Source: Octopus bimaculoides (lineage: Eukaryota). From it: a DNA stretch of 64,000 nt. Where the stretch lies: positions 161,476,407 through 161,540,406 of the forward strand of contig NC_068981.1 of the NCBI RefSeq assembly GCF_001194135.2, given 5' to 3'. A program made the translations under genes and the position numbers. Shown here piece by piece: positions 1-11,852 of the stretch. The notes beneath the pieces were generated by a model that did not search any database, was not told where the DNA came from, and was given only the letters and a program-made list of their open reading frames with translations. Position 1 is the stretch's first letter. Each line of letters opens with the position of its first letter.

Positions 1-542
1 GTTCAGAGTTTACTCTGTTGCAAGTTCAACCATGTGACTGCTATCATTTGAATTTAACAACAGTTGCTGTAATTCAAACCATGAACAAAATTCCTAAGTA
101 TATATGTTGAATAGCAGGCAGTTATCTAAATCAGCATGTAGCTCATGTGGGCTAATATTAATAACGATTTCTATAGACCATAGCTAACACATTTTGAGAG
201 AGGGTGAGTGTGTTTGTGTGTGTGTGAGAGAGAGAGAGAGGGGGGGGGGTAGGCAGTCAATTGAATCTCTACTGAAACTTCCTAAGCACTTAAGGATGAA
301 AGGAGAAGTCAACTTCAACAGAATAAGAAAACACCAATGAAATTTCAGAGCAATAGCAAAATAGAAATAGGAAAGAAAGTATCCTCTATAGTTTTTCTAT
401 TGCTATTGTTCTAGAAATGTTCACAAAATATAGTAATCAACACTCACACAAGGTCACTAACCTGGGGGAAGAGGGAGAGAAATTCAATTGTCTCTGCCTC
501 CAGCACATTTGGTACTTAATGTGTGAGGAGAGACCAAAGACA

Positions 543-568
543 ACTACTACTACTACTCATAATAATAT

Positions 569-627
<59 letters not shown>

Positions 628-640
628 ATAATAATAATAA
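543..640. repeat. (CTA)n/(TAA)n compound microsatellite
   Basis: Directly visible; explains the poly-T/poly-L ORFs at 417 and 523. Confidence 0.95.
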
Positions 641-1060
641 TTTTCAAGGAGAGGGGTTTAGTCAGTTATATTGATCCCAGTGCTCAACTGGTTCTTATTT
701 TATCAGGGCCACAAAAAGAGCCAGAAAAATTACTGCAAGGTATCCCATCCAATGTTTTAATGGTTCTTGCCAAGACTCGACACTTTATCATTCCACCCTT
801 CTGCCAGAAGAATGAACGACATAGTTGATCATGGCGAGATTTGAAATTGGAACGAGAATGGAATAGGGCAAGGCATTTTTGCTCGACACTCTAATGGCAC
901 AATGTGCCATTGTGGAATAGAGTGTGTAGTGTGCATGTCTGGTACCTGCTGATGGAATCTTTGCTAATCAGTTAAATGGCCAGAAATAATAATTATTTTC
1001 CTTCCTTTTTTTAAAAACAGTGGAACAATGAATAATTTATAAATAACAACATATAAATAT

Positions 1061-1186
1061 TGTACATTATTTACATTTGATGGATATTTGTCCTCGTCTT
1101 GTTTGTTGTTAACACAACATTTCAGCTTCTTCAGGTGTCTTGGGGAAATTTCGAACCTGGGTTCTCATTCCTAAGGTATTTCTTGA

Positions 1187-1230
<44 letters not shown>

Positions 1231-1305
1231 TCACTGCCTGGAATCGAACTCAGAATCTTGGGGTTAATAGCCTGTGCTCTTAACCACGACGCCATATGCC
1301 TGTGG
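1061..1305 (-). mobile_element. tRNA-headed SINE-like element with (AAT)n core and Penelope-like 3' tail, minus-strand copy
   Basis: Reverse complement reads ggcatatggcgtcgtggttaagagc...gagttcgattcc (A- and B-box-like), then (AAT)n, then the same tail as 1406-1690. Confidence 0.75.
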
Positions 1306-1408
1306 TCAGTATTCCATAGGAAAATTGCAAAACGAAAATAGCCTTAGAAAGGAAGGGGAAAAAATGGCAGAAGAGGTGAGGAAAGTAAAATAAAATAATG
1401 TACAGGTA
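1305..1408 (+). repeat. 104-bp local duplicate of 2146-2249 lying between the two inverted SINE copies
   Basis: gtcagtattccataggaaaattgcaaa...aataatgtacaggta occurs at 1305-1408 and 2146-2249 with only a few differences. Confidence 0.9.
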
Positions 1409-1465
1409 GTGGTTAAGAGCGCGGGCTACTAACCCCAAGATTCCGAGTTCGATTCTAGGCAGTGA

Positions 1466-1504
<39 letters not shown>

Positions 1505-1690
1505 CAACAACAAGAGAAATACATTAGGAATGGGAACCCAGGTTCGAAATTTCCCCAAGACACCTGATGAAGGCTGGAGAGTATATCAGCCGAAACGTGT
1601 TAACAACAAACAAGATGAGGACAAATATCCATCAAATGTAAATAATGTACATAATTCCTCATCTCTTAAATATAGAACTGTATTATATAA
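1406..1690 (+). mobile_element. tRNA-headed SINE-like element with (AAT)n core and Penelope-like 3' tail, plus-strand copy (5' clipped)
   Basis: gtagtggttaagagcgcgggctactaacccc...gagttcgattc head; (AAT)n; the tail is the inverted counterpart of 1061-1305. Confidence 0.75.
1559..1601 (+). ncRNA. Minimal type I hammerhead ribozyme-like motif (degenerate copy)
   Basis: gacac-CTGATGA-a-ggctg(N10)cagcc-GAAAC-gtgtt. The core and helix II are intact, but the GUU cleavage triplet present in the sister copy (1108-1140, minus) is missing here. Confidence 0.5.
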
Positions 1691-2667
1691 ATACTGTGTT
1701 AAAAAACCTTTTGGGCAACAAAAGTCAAAGGCTGATGGCCTTTTGTGGGATTTGTTTAGAAAAATAAAGAAATGCTATATAATGCAGTCCAACCCATACC
1801 AGCCTGGAAAAAATTACTAAATAAGAAAGATGATGATGATAAAAGAAACAGAAATGTAAGATATAAAAAATCCACATATGCACATACAAATATACATACC
1901 AGTGCATGCACTAACTAATGTAGCTAAACATCAAACCAAAAATTTTGATGCAAAAGTTGCAAGTTAGAAGCAAGCTCTTCTGTATATTTAATGAAGGCTT
2001 TTAGTTAGGAAAAATAGCAACAGGTTATCTGGTTTTCCTATAAATATTCCGAGTGCTGATAGATGACAAGTGAAAGCAGCCAATGCTATAATAATGGTGA
2101 CAAAGATTTCATGAACTGGCAAATAAATACTCTATGGATTAAAATGTCAGTATTCCATAGGAAAATTGCAAAATGAAAATAGCCTTAGAAAGGAAGGAAA
2201 ACAAATGGCAGAAGAGGTGAGGGAAGTAAAATAAAATAATGTACAGGTAATCTTCGAAGAATTTTTTTCTTAGTCAGGAGAGGAAACTAACAATTGTGAT
2301 GTGAAGACATTTAACAATTCATTGGGCGAGCTTTTATGCGGTCACTTGACTTTCTGGAAATAGCAGCCAAATCTCTCTCAAATCATATTCAACTGTTGTA
2401 AAAGTAAAATACATTGGCAATGTAGTTTTAAATATACAGTAGGATGGTACATGTGGCACTTTGTGTTGCTTGCACCACAATATTCTGAAAACTAGAAACA
2501 AGAAAATCCAATCAAAATAACAATAATATAGTCTGTAATAAAAACGTTGCCAGAAAGGTAATCCTGTTCTAGATGAAATGGATCTAATGGTTCCATAGTA
2601 TAACCATAACCATACTAGTTTAGGGAATCACACTCAACTAATTCATCGTTACCATCATTATTACTAA

Positions 2668-2859
2668 GGTGATGAGCTGGCAGAATCATTAGCAAGTCAG
2701 ACAAAATGTGTAACAGCATTTCTTCCAGCCTTTACATTGTGAGTTCAAATTCTGAGGTCAACTTTGCCTTTCATCTTTCCAGGACTGAAGTTGATATAAT
2801 TGACTATCCCCCACCCCAAAATTCCAGGCCTTGAGCCTATAAAAAAAAGATTATTATTA

Positions 2860-2899
<40 letters not shown>

Positions 2900-3112
2900 C
2901 TAAGGTGGTGACTCGGCAAAATCGTTAGCATGCTGGGTGAAATGTTTGGCAGCATTTTATCTTTATGGTCTGGGTTCAAATTCCACCGAGGTCAACTTTG
3001 CCTTTCATCCTTTCTGGAGCGATGAAATAAGTACCAGTCACACGTACTGGGGTTGACTACCACCATCCAAATTTCAAGCCTTGTATCTATAGTAGAAAGG
3101 ATTATTTTTATT
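2668..3112 (+). mobile_element. Two head-to-tail tRNA-derived SINEs (family A), CpG-decayed
   Basis: ggtgatgagctggcagaatc...gagttcaaatt...gaggtcaactttgcctttcatc...; (ATT)n tails. Confidence 0.85.
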
Positions 3113-3160
3113 ATTATTAGAATTATTATTTAACTACTGGCCTCAGACAGATGTGTATGA

Positions 3161-3215
3161 TTAAACTTCTGCAGGGGGGATGTGGCGCATGTACGAGATC
3201 AAGAACACTGTACTT
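3161..3215 (-). CDS. Candidate terminal coding exon, xSTVFLISYMRHIPPAEV*, product unknown
   Basis: Very strong acceptor (long T run, cccccag); GC/CpG-richer than the flanks; short open frame to TAA. Upstream exons are not established. Confidence 0.35.
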
Positions 3216-4009
3216 CTGGGGGAAAAAAAAAAAACAGCAACAAAGGACTGAGTCCAGTGTTTAGCTTGTGATGTGGAAAGTAAGATAAAGTAGATATAAT
3301 AGCAAGAGAAACAGTGAGGTCATCAAGAGGGTAGAGTGATCCACTGGAAAAACATTAGTTAAGGTGAAAGAGTACAAAGGGAGGAGAAAATAACTTGACA
3401 CTGAATTTAATCTAAGTCTGTCCTTGAAGGACCTGTGTATGTATGTACTAGGGTGAAAACACTTGAAAACCAGTGTTGGTGTGGCAAAAAGACTGATAAA
3501 TACTGAGGTCAATTTGTTCAACTGAAACTCCTCAAGGCAACACCCCAATCACTACACAAGTAATAGATAGATACAGGATAAAAGATTGTGGACTGCATTA
3601 TTATTAGTAAAATAAAAATACAGGCATCGTTAAAAGGTTGCAAAGTAGAGATATAGATAGAAGCTCCCTAAATTAACTTGCAATGATTAATGTTAATTAT
3701 GATAGTAAGATACATGTATGCAATATAAAATTGGTTACAGTGCAACACAAAGTAATCAAATCAGTATCTTTTGACTTCCTTTTTTTTAAATGCATATTTG
3801 TATAGAGATGTTTGTTTGTTTGAAGACTACATACAGCTGCTGTGTCATTCATGTCATTTTGCACTGGGTCACGGGTACCGCCACCATCATTTTACAACTG
3901 TCATTGTGTCAATGTATGCTGACATAACACCACACCTACACAAACAGAGTCACACACACTCAATGTTCTGCAATAGTTAGCTGATATATTACGACTGTTG
4001 TTTAATTTC

Positions 4010-4047
<38 letters not shown>

Positions 4048-4057
4048 NNNNNNNNNN

Positions 4058-4091
<34 letters not shown>

Positions 4092-4249
4092 CACACATAC
4101 ACACATTTATATATACATACGTTTAATTTCATTTACATATATATATATATGTATACATACACACAGCCATATATATATACATACACATATATGCAAACGT
4201 TTAATTTCCTTTACATATATACACACACATATATATATATACGTACATA

Positions 4250-4540
4250 GTGGCCATGCTGGAGCACCTTTTTAAAGTCTAGTACTTATTTTGCTTCTTT
4301 TACCAAACTGCCAAATAGACTAACACCAGTTGTTGAGCAGTGATGGGGGTTGGATTAATACAACACACACACAAACACGTGGACTTCTTTGTAGTTTCTG
4401 TCTGCCAAATTCACTCACAAGGCATTGGTCGGCAAGAGACTATAATAGTGAAAATTTGCCCTACGTGCCACACAGTAGGACTGAACCTGAAACCAAGTGG
4501 ATGCAAAGCAAACTTCTTAACCACATAGTCATGCCTGTGC
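4250..4540 (-). mobile_element. tRNA-derived SINE family B, decayed
   Basis: ggccatgctggagcacc...ccaaattcactcacaagg...ggactgaacc...aagcaaacttcttaaccac matches other family B copies. Confidence 0.75.
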
Positions 4541-5086
4541 GAATGTGTGTGCGTGTATGTAGGCACCTTATTGAAACCCTGTCGTGGTCAGCTTTGTTTT
4601 TAATCTTTCCAGTGGCTGATTAAAAAGTACAAGTCCAAGGCAAGTAGATTTGCAAAACTATTAGAGCATCAAACAAAATGCCTTATGCAATTATTCTGAG
4701 TCTCTGTGTTCTAACTGTAATGCCTTATGACTGACAACATTGGCATCAAACTGTATCAATTCACATTTCTCTGGTGACCCGGAGAAGTGTGAGTAGCATG
4801 CACGGACAACTGCTTATCTTCTTACCCAGGTCTGCGTCTTGGAGAGGAATTTTGCAGGTATAGAAATCCATGGCCAGCTATGACTGAAGTGAGTACTAGT
4901 GTTTGTGTTTATGTGCGTGGAAGTTCAGCATCAGTCAAACTGCAGTTCCTTGCACAAGTGTCTTCTACTAAAGACTCAAGCCAACCCCAGCTTCATGAAT
5001 GGATTTGATTTGGTAGATGGAAACCTGATGTAAATTTCCCGAGTCCTCCCCCACCACGGCCGTCGGCGCAATTTTTTTTTCATATT

Positions 5087-5597
5087 CGTTTACTACACAT
5101 TATTTTACACTTGTTGCACCATTTTTTTTGTGACCGGGTCCTAAACTGAAGATTAACCAAAAACAAAAAGTTTTCTTATTTTCAATTCAGTCAGATCACA
5201 GTATTAGTCGTAAGGTACGACATTACTTGATCTGTAACGGTACTTTCTTATTTAATAATGGAGTTACTTATCACAGCATGATTGCATATACACACAATGT
5301 TGACTTTGAGGTTGGCATTTGTTNNNNNNNNNNNNNNNNNNNNNNNNNNNNNNNNNNNNNNNNNNNNNNNNNNNNNNNNNNNNNNNNNNNNNNNNNNNNN
5401 NNNNNNNNNNNNNNNNNNNNNNNNNNNNNNNNNNNNNNNNNNNNNNNNNNNNNNNNNNNNNNNNNNNNNNNNNNNNNNNNNNNNNNNNNNNNNNNNNNNN
5501 NNNNNNNNNNNNNNNNNNNNNNNNNNNNNNNNNNNNNNNNNNNNNNNNNNNNNNNNNNNNNNNNNNNNNNNNNNNNNNNNNNNNNNNNNNNNNNNNN

Positions 5598-5631
<34 letters not shown>

Positions 5632-5908
5632 CATATACATACACACATGTATATGTACATATATACCCAACCGTTTACTACACATTATTTTACACTTGTT
5701 GCACCATTTTTTTTGTGACCGGGTCCTAAACTGAAGATTAACCAAAAACAAAAAGTTTTCTTATTTTCAATTCAGTCAGATCACAGTATTAGTCGTAAGG
5801 TACGACATTACTTGATCTGTAACGGTACTTTCTTATTTAATAATGGAGTTACTTATCACAGCATGATTGCATATACACACAATGTTGACTTTGAGGTTGG
5901 CATTTGTT
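5087..5908. repeat. Identical 237-bp direct repeat (5087-5323 and 5672-5908) on both sides of an N gap
   Basis: Base-for-base identical by eye; the first copy ends exactly at the gap. Probably an assembly or haplotype artefact. Confidence 0.85.
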
Positions 5909-6320
5909 CAAAGTAAAACATTTACTGTAAGAAAGAAGAAATAGTAGCGAGAGAGTGTTGGCTGATGATAAATAAATAAATACGATCTCGCAGTTGACAA
6001 AACATAGAAAACTGAGGAAGCATGCATAACATCGCTATCAGTAGTACTATTTCATCATGATAGCAAACTTATGAAGAATAATGTGCTAGAAATAATAGCC
6101 AACTCACCCTTGAATCATACTCTACCAGATAATATAATCAGTGAGTAAAGGGGGAAAAAAAAAACGCAATGGAATCATCCCAACGGGAATACTTTTCATT
6201 GGAGCTAAACAACAAAGATAATGATTTGTTTTGTTGTTCACAGTTCTGTACATTTACTTCACCTTGAGGGGGGAAATAATATTCCCCCTCCATCCTATTG
6301 AGTGTGTATGTATGTATGTG

Positions 6321-6507
6321 TCCCTTTAGCGTTCTTACTACCCTCTCAAATACAATGTTTATTTATTCACATGATTCTGGATTATCTTCTAGCTTTGAGA
6401 TTTTGATGATGTGATTGTTTATTCTTAGAATACCAGATCTGACCGGTTTCAACATAAAACAGGTAAAATATTTGGGCCGGATATGACTAGTTTAAATGCT
6501 AAAGTGT
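6321..6507 (-). mobile_element. Short non-autonomous TIR element (piggyBac-like MITE family), partial
   Basis: Same sequence family as 19765-19965 and 40131-40359. Confidence 0.55.
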
Positions 6508-6772
6508 TTTATATTTTCATATTAGTTCATAGATGAAAATCAGATATTCTCCGTATAGAATACACTTAGTAGTGCTCAAGAGATTTAAACTTGAGCGGGT
6601 AGAGAAGAAAAATAATAGGACATTAAATACATGAAATACAAAAAAAATGTATGTTTCGCAGTTAAAATTTAAAAACTAGTCTTATGTACGTGTACATATG
6701 TGCGCGCGCGTACACATTCTAGTGGTTTCAAACATTCGATTGTGGTCCTTCTAGTACTGTTAACACACCAGA

Positions 6773-7138
6773 GGAGGCGCAATGGCCCAGTGATTAGGGT
6801 AGCGGACTCGCGGTTTCGATTCCCAGACCGGGTGTTGTGAGTGTTTATTGAGCAAAAACACCTAAAGCTCCACGAGGCTCCGGCAGGGGATGGTGGCGAA
6901 CCCTGCTGTACTCTTTCACCATCGACTTTCTCTCACTCTTACTTCCTGTTTCTGTTGTGCCTGTAATTCAAAGGCTCAGCCTTGTCACACTGTGTCACGC
7001 TGAATATCCCTGAGAACTACGTTAAGGGTACACGTGTCTGTGGAGTGCTCAGCCACTTGCACGTTAATTTCACGAGCAGGCTGTTCCGTTGATCGGATCA
7101 ACTGGAACCCTCGACGTCGTAAGCGACGGAGTGCCAAC
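6773..7138 (+). mobile_element. Full-length tRNA-derived SINE (family C) with 11-bp target site duplication
   Basis: Head ggaggcgcaatggcccagtgattaggg...ggtttcgattccc; CpG-intact; aacacaccaga duplicated at 6762-6772 and 7139-7149. Confidence 0.9.
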
Positions 7139-8748
7139 AACACACCAGACTATTTATCATTTTAGTAAAAACGTACTACAGCTGTTTGCGTAATATGCAC
7201 CGAATGAAAAATCATACAAGTATACACACAGACAGACAAATATCCTACAGCTTCAGGCACTATTTAAGTGCACAACTCAGGATAGCTTTAAAATGCATCT
7301 CAAAACATCACCTTTTCCTTTTGTTAAATGTATTAGTATATTAAACGAATTGGTTTACCAAACATCCAATGTACATTCATTCATTCGACTTTATATCAAT
7401 ATTTATAGTTTGTACTATGACTCCGTCATAAAATGTTTATTACCTTTATCTCAGAAATTTAGTATGTAATAAAAAAAAAAACTGTCATCTTATGAGATTG
7501 AGTGCTAATATATTTACTGCGTAATGTTAATTTCTTAGGATATTAAAGTTTCCAAATTTATGCACATGGCCAGCAATGCGGAAGGTGGGTAAGTCATATC
7601 AACGACAAGCATTCTTTATTGGCACTTTATTTCGTTGACATAGAAAAAAAATGAAAGGCAAAGCTGACCTGAGTAGGATCTGAACTCAGGCCATGCATTA
7701 CTATAGAAAGTTAATGAGAAAGCGTGACATGCATTTGCTTTGGGCCAATTTTTCAACCTGTCATTTTGGAGCTAAGGAGCAACCAAATTCATCAAGAATA
7801 AAGTAGAAGCATAGAATCCAAATCACCGCAAAAGGTACATTCTACTGTTTGACTTCCACAAGAATATATAGTTAGACCTAGATAATCCGAACAAGATAGG
7901 TGCAGAGTATTCTGTTTGGTTTAACACCTAATTTTTCATGTTTGCATGTAGATTATTGAGGCAGATTTTCAATGACCAGATGTTATCTCTGTCACCAGCC
8001 TTTACCTGTTTCCAAGTAATGTTTTCCCATAGCCAGACATGATTTTGCAGAATACAGGAAATGAATGACATGATGCCAACACAAGGAGACACAAACAAAC
8101 ATGCGTACTTTTGGTGATTCGCTGTGCTTCAGAAGACACGTCAAGCTAAGTGAAATCGTACATGACACGTACAAGGTACCCGGTGCTGGTGACACAAAAA
8201 TCACCAGGTACACAAAACAGACTGGAGTCTGGTGTAGCTCTCCAGCTTACTAGTTCCAGTCAAACCCATGCCAGCATCGAAAACGGCTGTTAAATGACGC
8301 TGATGATGACACACACACACATACTTGCTTCAGTTTCTGTACTCACAAGGTTTTAGTAGGCCATGCAGTGAGACTCCTCGCGTGGGGTCGGTCGTTAAGA
8401 AGCAAACTTCTTAACTACACAGCTATGTGGTTAGGAAGCAAACTTCTTAACTACACAGCCTAGCCTGCGCCTATAAAAATACTCAACTTGACATAATTAT
8501 ATAAAAACAAGAATAAGATAGAAATAAAAGTATGTTTACATTTTTTTTTTTTTTTTGTGATTCAATTGATAAAATGTACTTTTATACAATCTTTGATGCC
8601 TTTACGTTAAGGTTCCAGAAGCTGTAAAAACCGCCTTTCTGTTCAATTGTCAGTGATTGCTTTCTCTTCACGAACGGCAACAAACTCGATTACTTGTAAC
8701 AGATAAACATTCATAGCAAAATTTGTAGAGTGAAACTGAGACACGTAC

Positions 8749-8862
8749 CATTGATTTTGCTATGCTTATAAATTCTTTTGCATATCTGTCATTTTTATGA
8801 GTACAATTATCTTTTTTGTTTTCAAGTGACCGACTGAAATCAAACTGAAAAAGATTTTGCAT
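8749..8862 (-). CDS. Candidate coding exon MQNLFQFDFSRSLENKKDNCTHKNDRYAKEFISIAKSM, product unknown
   Basis: Acceptor tttttttag at 8897-8898, ATG at 8862, donor ATG|gtacgt at 8748. No family recognised. Confidence 0.2.
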
Positions 8863-9340
8863 CTATAATTTTGTTTTCTTTACTAAGTTAGACAATCTAA
8901 AAAAATTAAAACATGGTAATTTAACTATCCTCTTGCAAATCACAACCCACTGCCATGAGAAATACTAACGTAACTGATACACAATACCTTTTGATAACTG
9001 TAAACAAGATGTTATGTGCTAGTGTTTACGATGTAATATTTTTAGAATACAAAGTAACTTTTAATTGTTGTAAATAAACGTCGAAATTAGATTACAAGTT
9101 GAGCAATGGGGTCGTGTAATCGACTTACACCCTCCCCGAAATTGCAGACGTTGTGCCAAAATTTGAAACCGATAATTTTTTAAATTTAACACAAGGCTAG
9201 AGAAGGTGAAACCGACTCAATTGTTGTCCATTTTGTTTTGTTATTTTCTGTTTATACGTTATACATACATGTTTCCGGTCTTTGCACCGTCCCTAATTGT
9301 CTTCAGATCTTTTGTAGCAAATGAAGAAATTATTACTAGG

Positions 9341-9556
9341 GCGGCGAGCTGGCGGAATCGACAGCACGTCGGACAAGATGCTTAGCAGCATTTCGTCCGT
9401 TTTTGCGTTGAGTTCAAATTCCGTCGAGGTCGACTTTGCCTTTCATCCTTTCGGGATCGATGAAATAAGTACCAGTTATGCACTGAGATCGATGTAATCG
9501 ACTAGCCCCCTCCACCCAAATTTCAAGCCTTATGCCTATAGTAGAAAGGATTATTA
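9341..9556 (+). mobile_element. tRNA-derived SINE family A, CpG-intact copy
   Basis: ggcggcgagctggcggaatcg...gttcaaattccgtcgaggtcgactttgcctttcatcctttcggg...gtagaaaggattatta. Confidence 0.9.
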
Positions 9557-10871
9557 AAGCTAGGATATAAACGAAGTCAAAATTGAGAACTTCCACTCAA
9601 TAAAATTGCTAGCGAAGAAGAGACAGATAAAGAAATTATTTAATAAGAAACAAATTTCATAAACCGAATTTACTATAGCTTAAACTCATATTTAGTTTAT
9701 TAATTTTACAGACTATAAACCTTATATTTAGAGAATAAATATATTTACACTATGTCTGTTCTCCCATAGTCACCAGGTGACATATGCTGGAAATTTCATT
9801 TCTTAATTAGTTAGAAATGTCATCAAGTGGTTTAGAAATAAAGAATCTTTGTTCGAACCCAGTTTGGGACCATACTCTTTTACTCGTTTCAGCCCTGCGG
9901 CTGTGGTCATGCTGGAGCACCACCATGTACATATTTCAGGGGGGGGGACCCGATGAAGATCGGGGCTGAAGATAATGAAACCTAATGCAAATATACATAC
10001 TCTCTAGAGATAAGGTTTAATAATACAGAAAATTATAATCGTAATAAAAACGACTCAGACATTTATTTAGACATTTAATCCCACTTATTAGAAACCATAC
10101 GGCACAATGCACTACTTACCAAAGTACTTGGTCTATATCTATTGTTGTTAACCTGTACCGGTTTTACAGACAAGATAATTGAAGAAAACGAACAAAGATT
10201 AAATTATAAACATTCATATAATTATATAAGTACAATAATGAATGCTTAACACTGGCTTATGTATAAAAGTAGAATCTAATGCTATTCTTATTATGTATCG
10301 GGTAGTAGATAGGAAGATGGCTAGCAAAAGTTAGACCCAGCTTTCTGTAAATCTATCTTCTACTATATAAAAAAAGAGCCGATAACTACTATAATCAATG
10401 GCCAAAAAATGTGTGTATATATACATAAATATAAAGAAAGTGAAACGAATCAAGTTACCTTTAGCAATTAATGTATGAGTGTGTTCTTAAAAGTGCGTAT
10501 CTGTGTTACGTTCAATGTAGACGGTCTATAAGACATAAAACATAGCTAAATAAAGCGATCTGTCAAAACAGGTAATCTGATAATATTTTGTAGCTATCAT
10601 TACCTTCAACATTTGTAATGATAAAATATAATCTAGTCGTGCGGGTTTAAAAACTAGTTCAGAAATTTCTTTCTTATTTGCTCGCTCATTCATTCATCCA
10701 TTCTCTTGCTAGCATGAAGTTACTCGGTAATGAATGGCATCTGGTTATCATCGAATTGGTTGGCCAAAACCACACTTTTTCTTCTTTTATTTATTTATTT
10801 TTTTCTGAAGAACAGCGATTTATATTTGAATGTAATTCCAAATAGATATAATCAATGTATATTTTAAAATG

Positions 10872-11030
10872 TGGTGGCGCGTAGCTTAGTGGTTAGGAGT
10901 GTTGCACTCATAGTCATAAGACTGTAGTTTCGATTCCTGGACCGGGCCGTTGTTCAGTCCATTCAAGATAAGTAATCCTGCGACAAACCGGCGTCCAGGA
11001 GGGGAAATATATATGCCACAGAATCCAGCC
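10872..11030 (+). mobile_element. tRNA-derived SINE (fourth family), internally deleted
   Basis: ggcgcgtagcttagtggttagg (A box)...gtttcgattcc (B box)...cctgcgacaaaccggcgtccagg. Confidence 0.65.
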
Positions 11031-11037
11031 TTATATA

Positions 11038-11316
11038 CGTGGTGTGATCAATAAGTATCCGGACTGTTACCATAGTAACAAAGCTAAATCATACAGAGTG
11101 AAACCGCTTGACTCAGACTGACTTTGAACTCTGCTGTGCATCCGCACTAAGTTTTAACGTTCTAGCTCACTTCCGCTGTTTACAGCAGTGCTTAAAAGGA
11201 ACGTGTGTAGCGTGTGATCGTCGCAATGACCATGACAGAGAAAGTTGAGCAGAGAATCTGCATCAAATTTTGCCAAAATTTTGGCGATACCTGCTCAGAG
11301 GCCTATGCAAAGTTTT
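11038..11316 (+). mobile_element. Mariner-family transposon 5' end with start of transposase
   Basis: TA|cgtggtgtgatcaataagtatccggact terminus; ATG at 11232 gives MTEKVEQRICIKFCQNFGDTCSEAYAK, typical of mariner N-termini. Confidence 0.8.
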
Positions 11317-11852
11317 CATCATTCTCGACACAATCAAGATCTTGTGCAACATTTTGATCAGCTGAAAGCAGTTTTGGCACAAACTTGGCAGATACGCGTC
11401 TCATACCCAAATCTTCAGTGATAATGGACTGAACTGAACCGTAACTAATCTGCACATCCTCTGATAACTTCCGGATACTGATTCGACGATTCCCCCCTCA
11501 CAGCTGCACGCACATTGATGTTTTACTCAGTTCTGCTGGTTGTGGGTTTCCCAGAACGTTCATCACTATCGACATTTTTTCTGCCATCTTGGAAACTCTG
11601 AACCACTCTTACACTTGTGTGTGGCTCATACACTCCTCTCCATACACTTTCTGCAACTTTGCGCAGGCCTCTGAGCAGGTATCACCATGACAACTTTTTC
11701 TACCATGGTCAATGCGATGATCACACGCTACACCCGTCCTTCCAAGTACTGCTGTAAACAGCGGAAGCGAGCCAGAACGTTAAGACATAGTGCGAATGCA
11801 TAACAGAGTTCAGGGTCAACCTTTGTCAAGTGGCTTCACTCTGCATGCTTTG
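11314..11852 (-). mobile_element. Second mariner 5' half in opposite orientation (transposase HTH region, frameshifted)
   Basis: Minus strand encodes GDTCSEACAKLQKVYGEECMS...DERSGKPTTSR...RRISIRKLSEDVQIS...LGMRRVSAKFVPKLLS. Confidence 0.85.

Noticed and set aside
417-828. ORFs rich in poly-T, poly-L and poly-N, and similar [12 protein letters not shown] ORFs throughout
   Set aside because: They are translations of microsatellites, not genes.
5227-5751. Long ORFs containing X runs (also 54401-54767, 56980-57424, 61935-63041)
   Set aside because: Open only because N gaps contain no stops.
6773-6830. tRNA-like sequences at SINE heads (also 1406, 9341, 10872, 58300-58345)
   Set aside because: Only A/B-box remnants without a complete cloverleaf, each continuing into SINE body; no true tRNA gene called.
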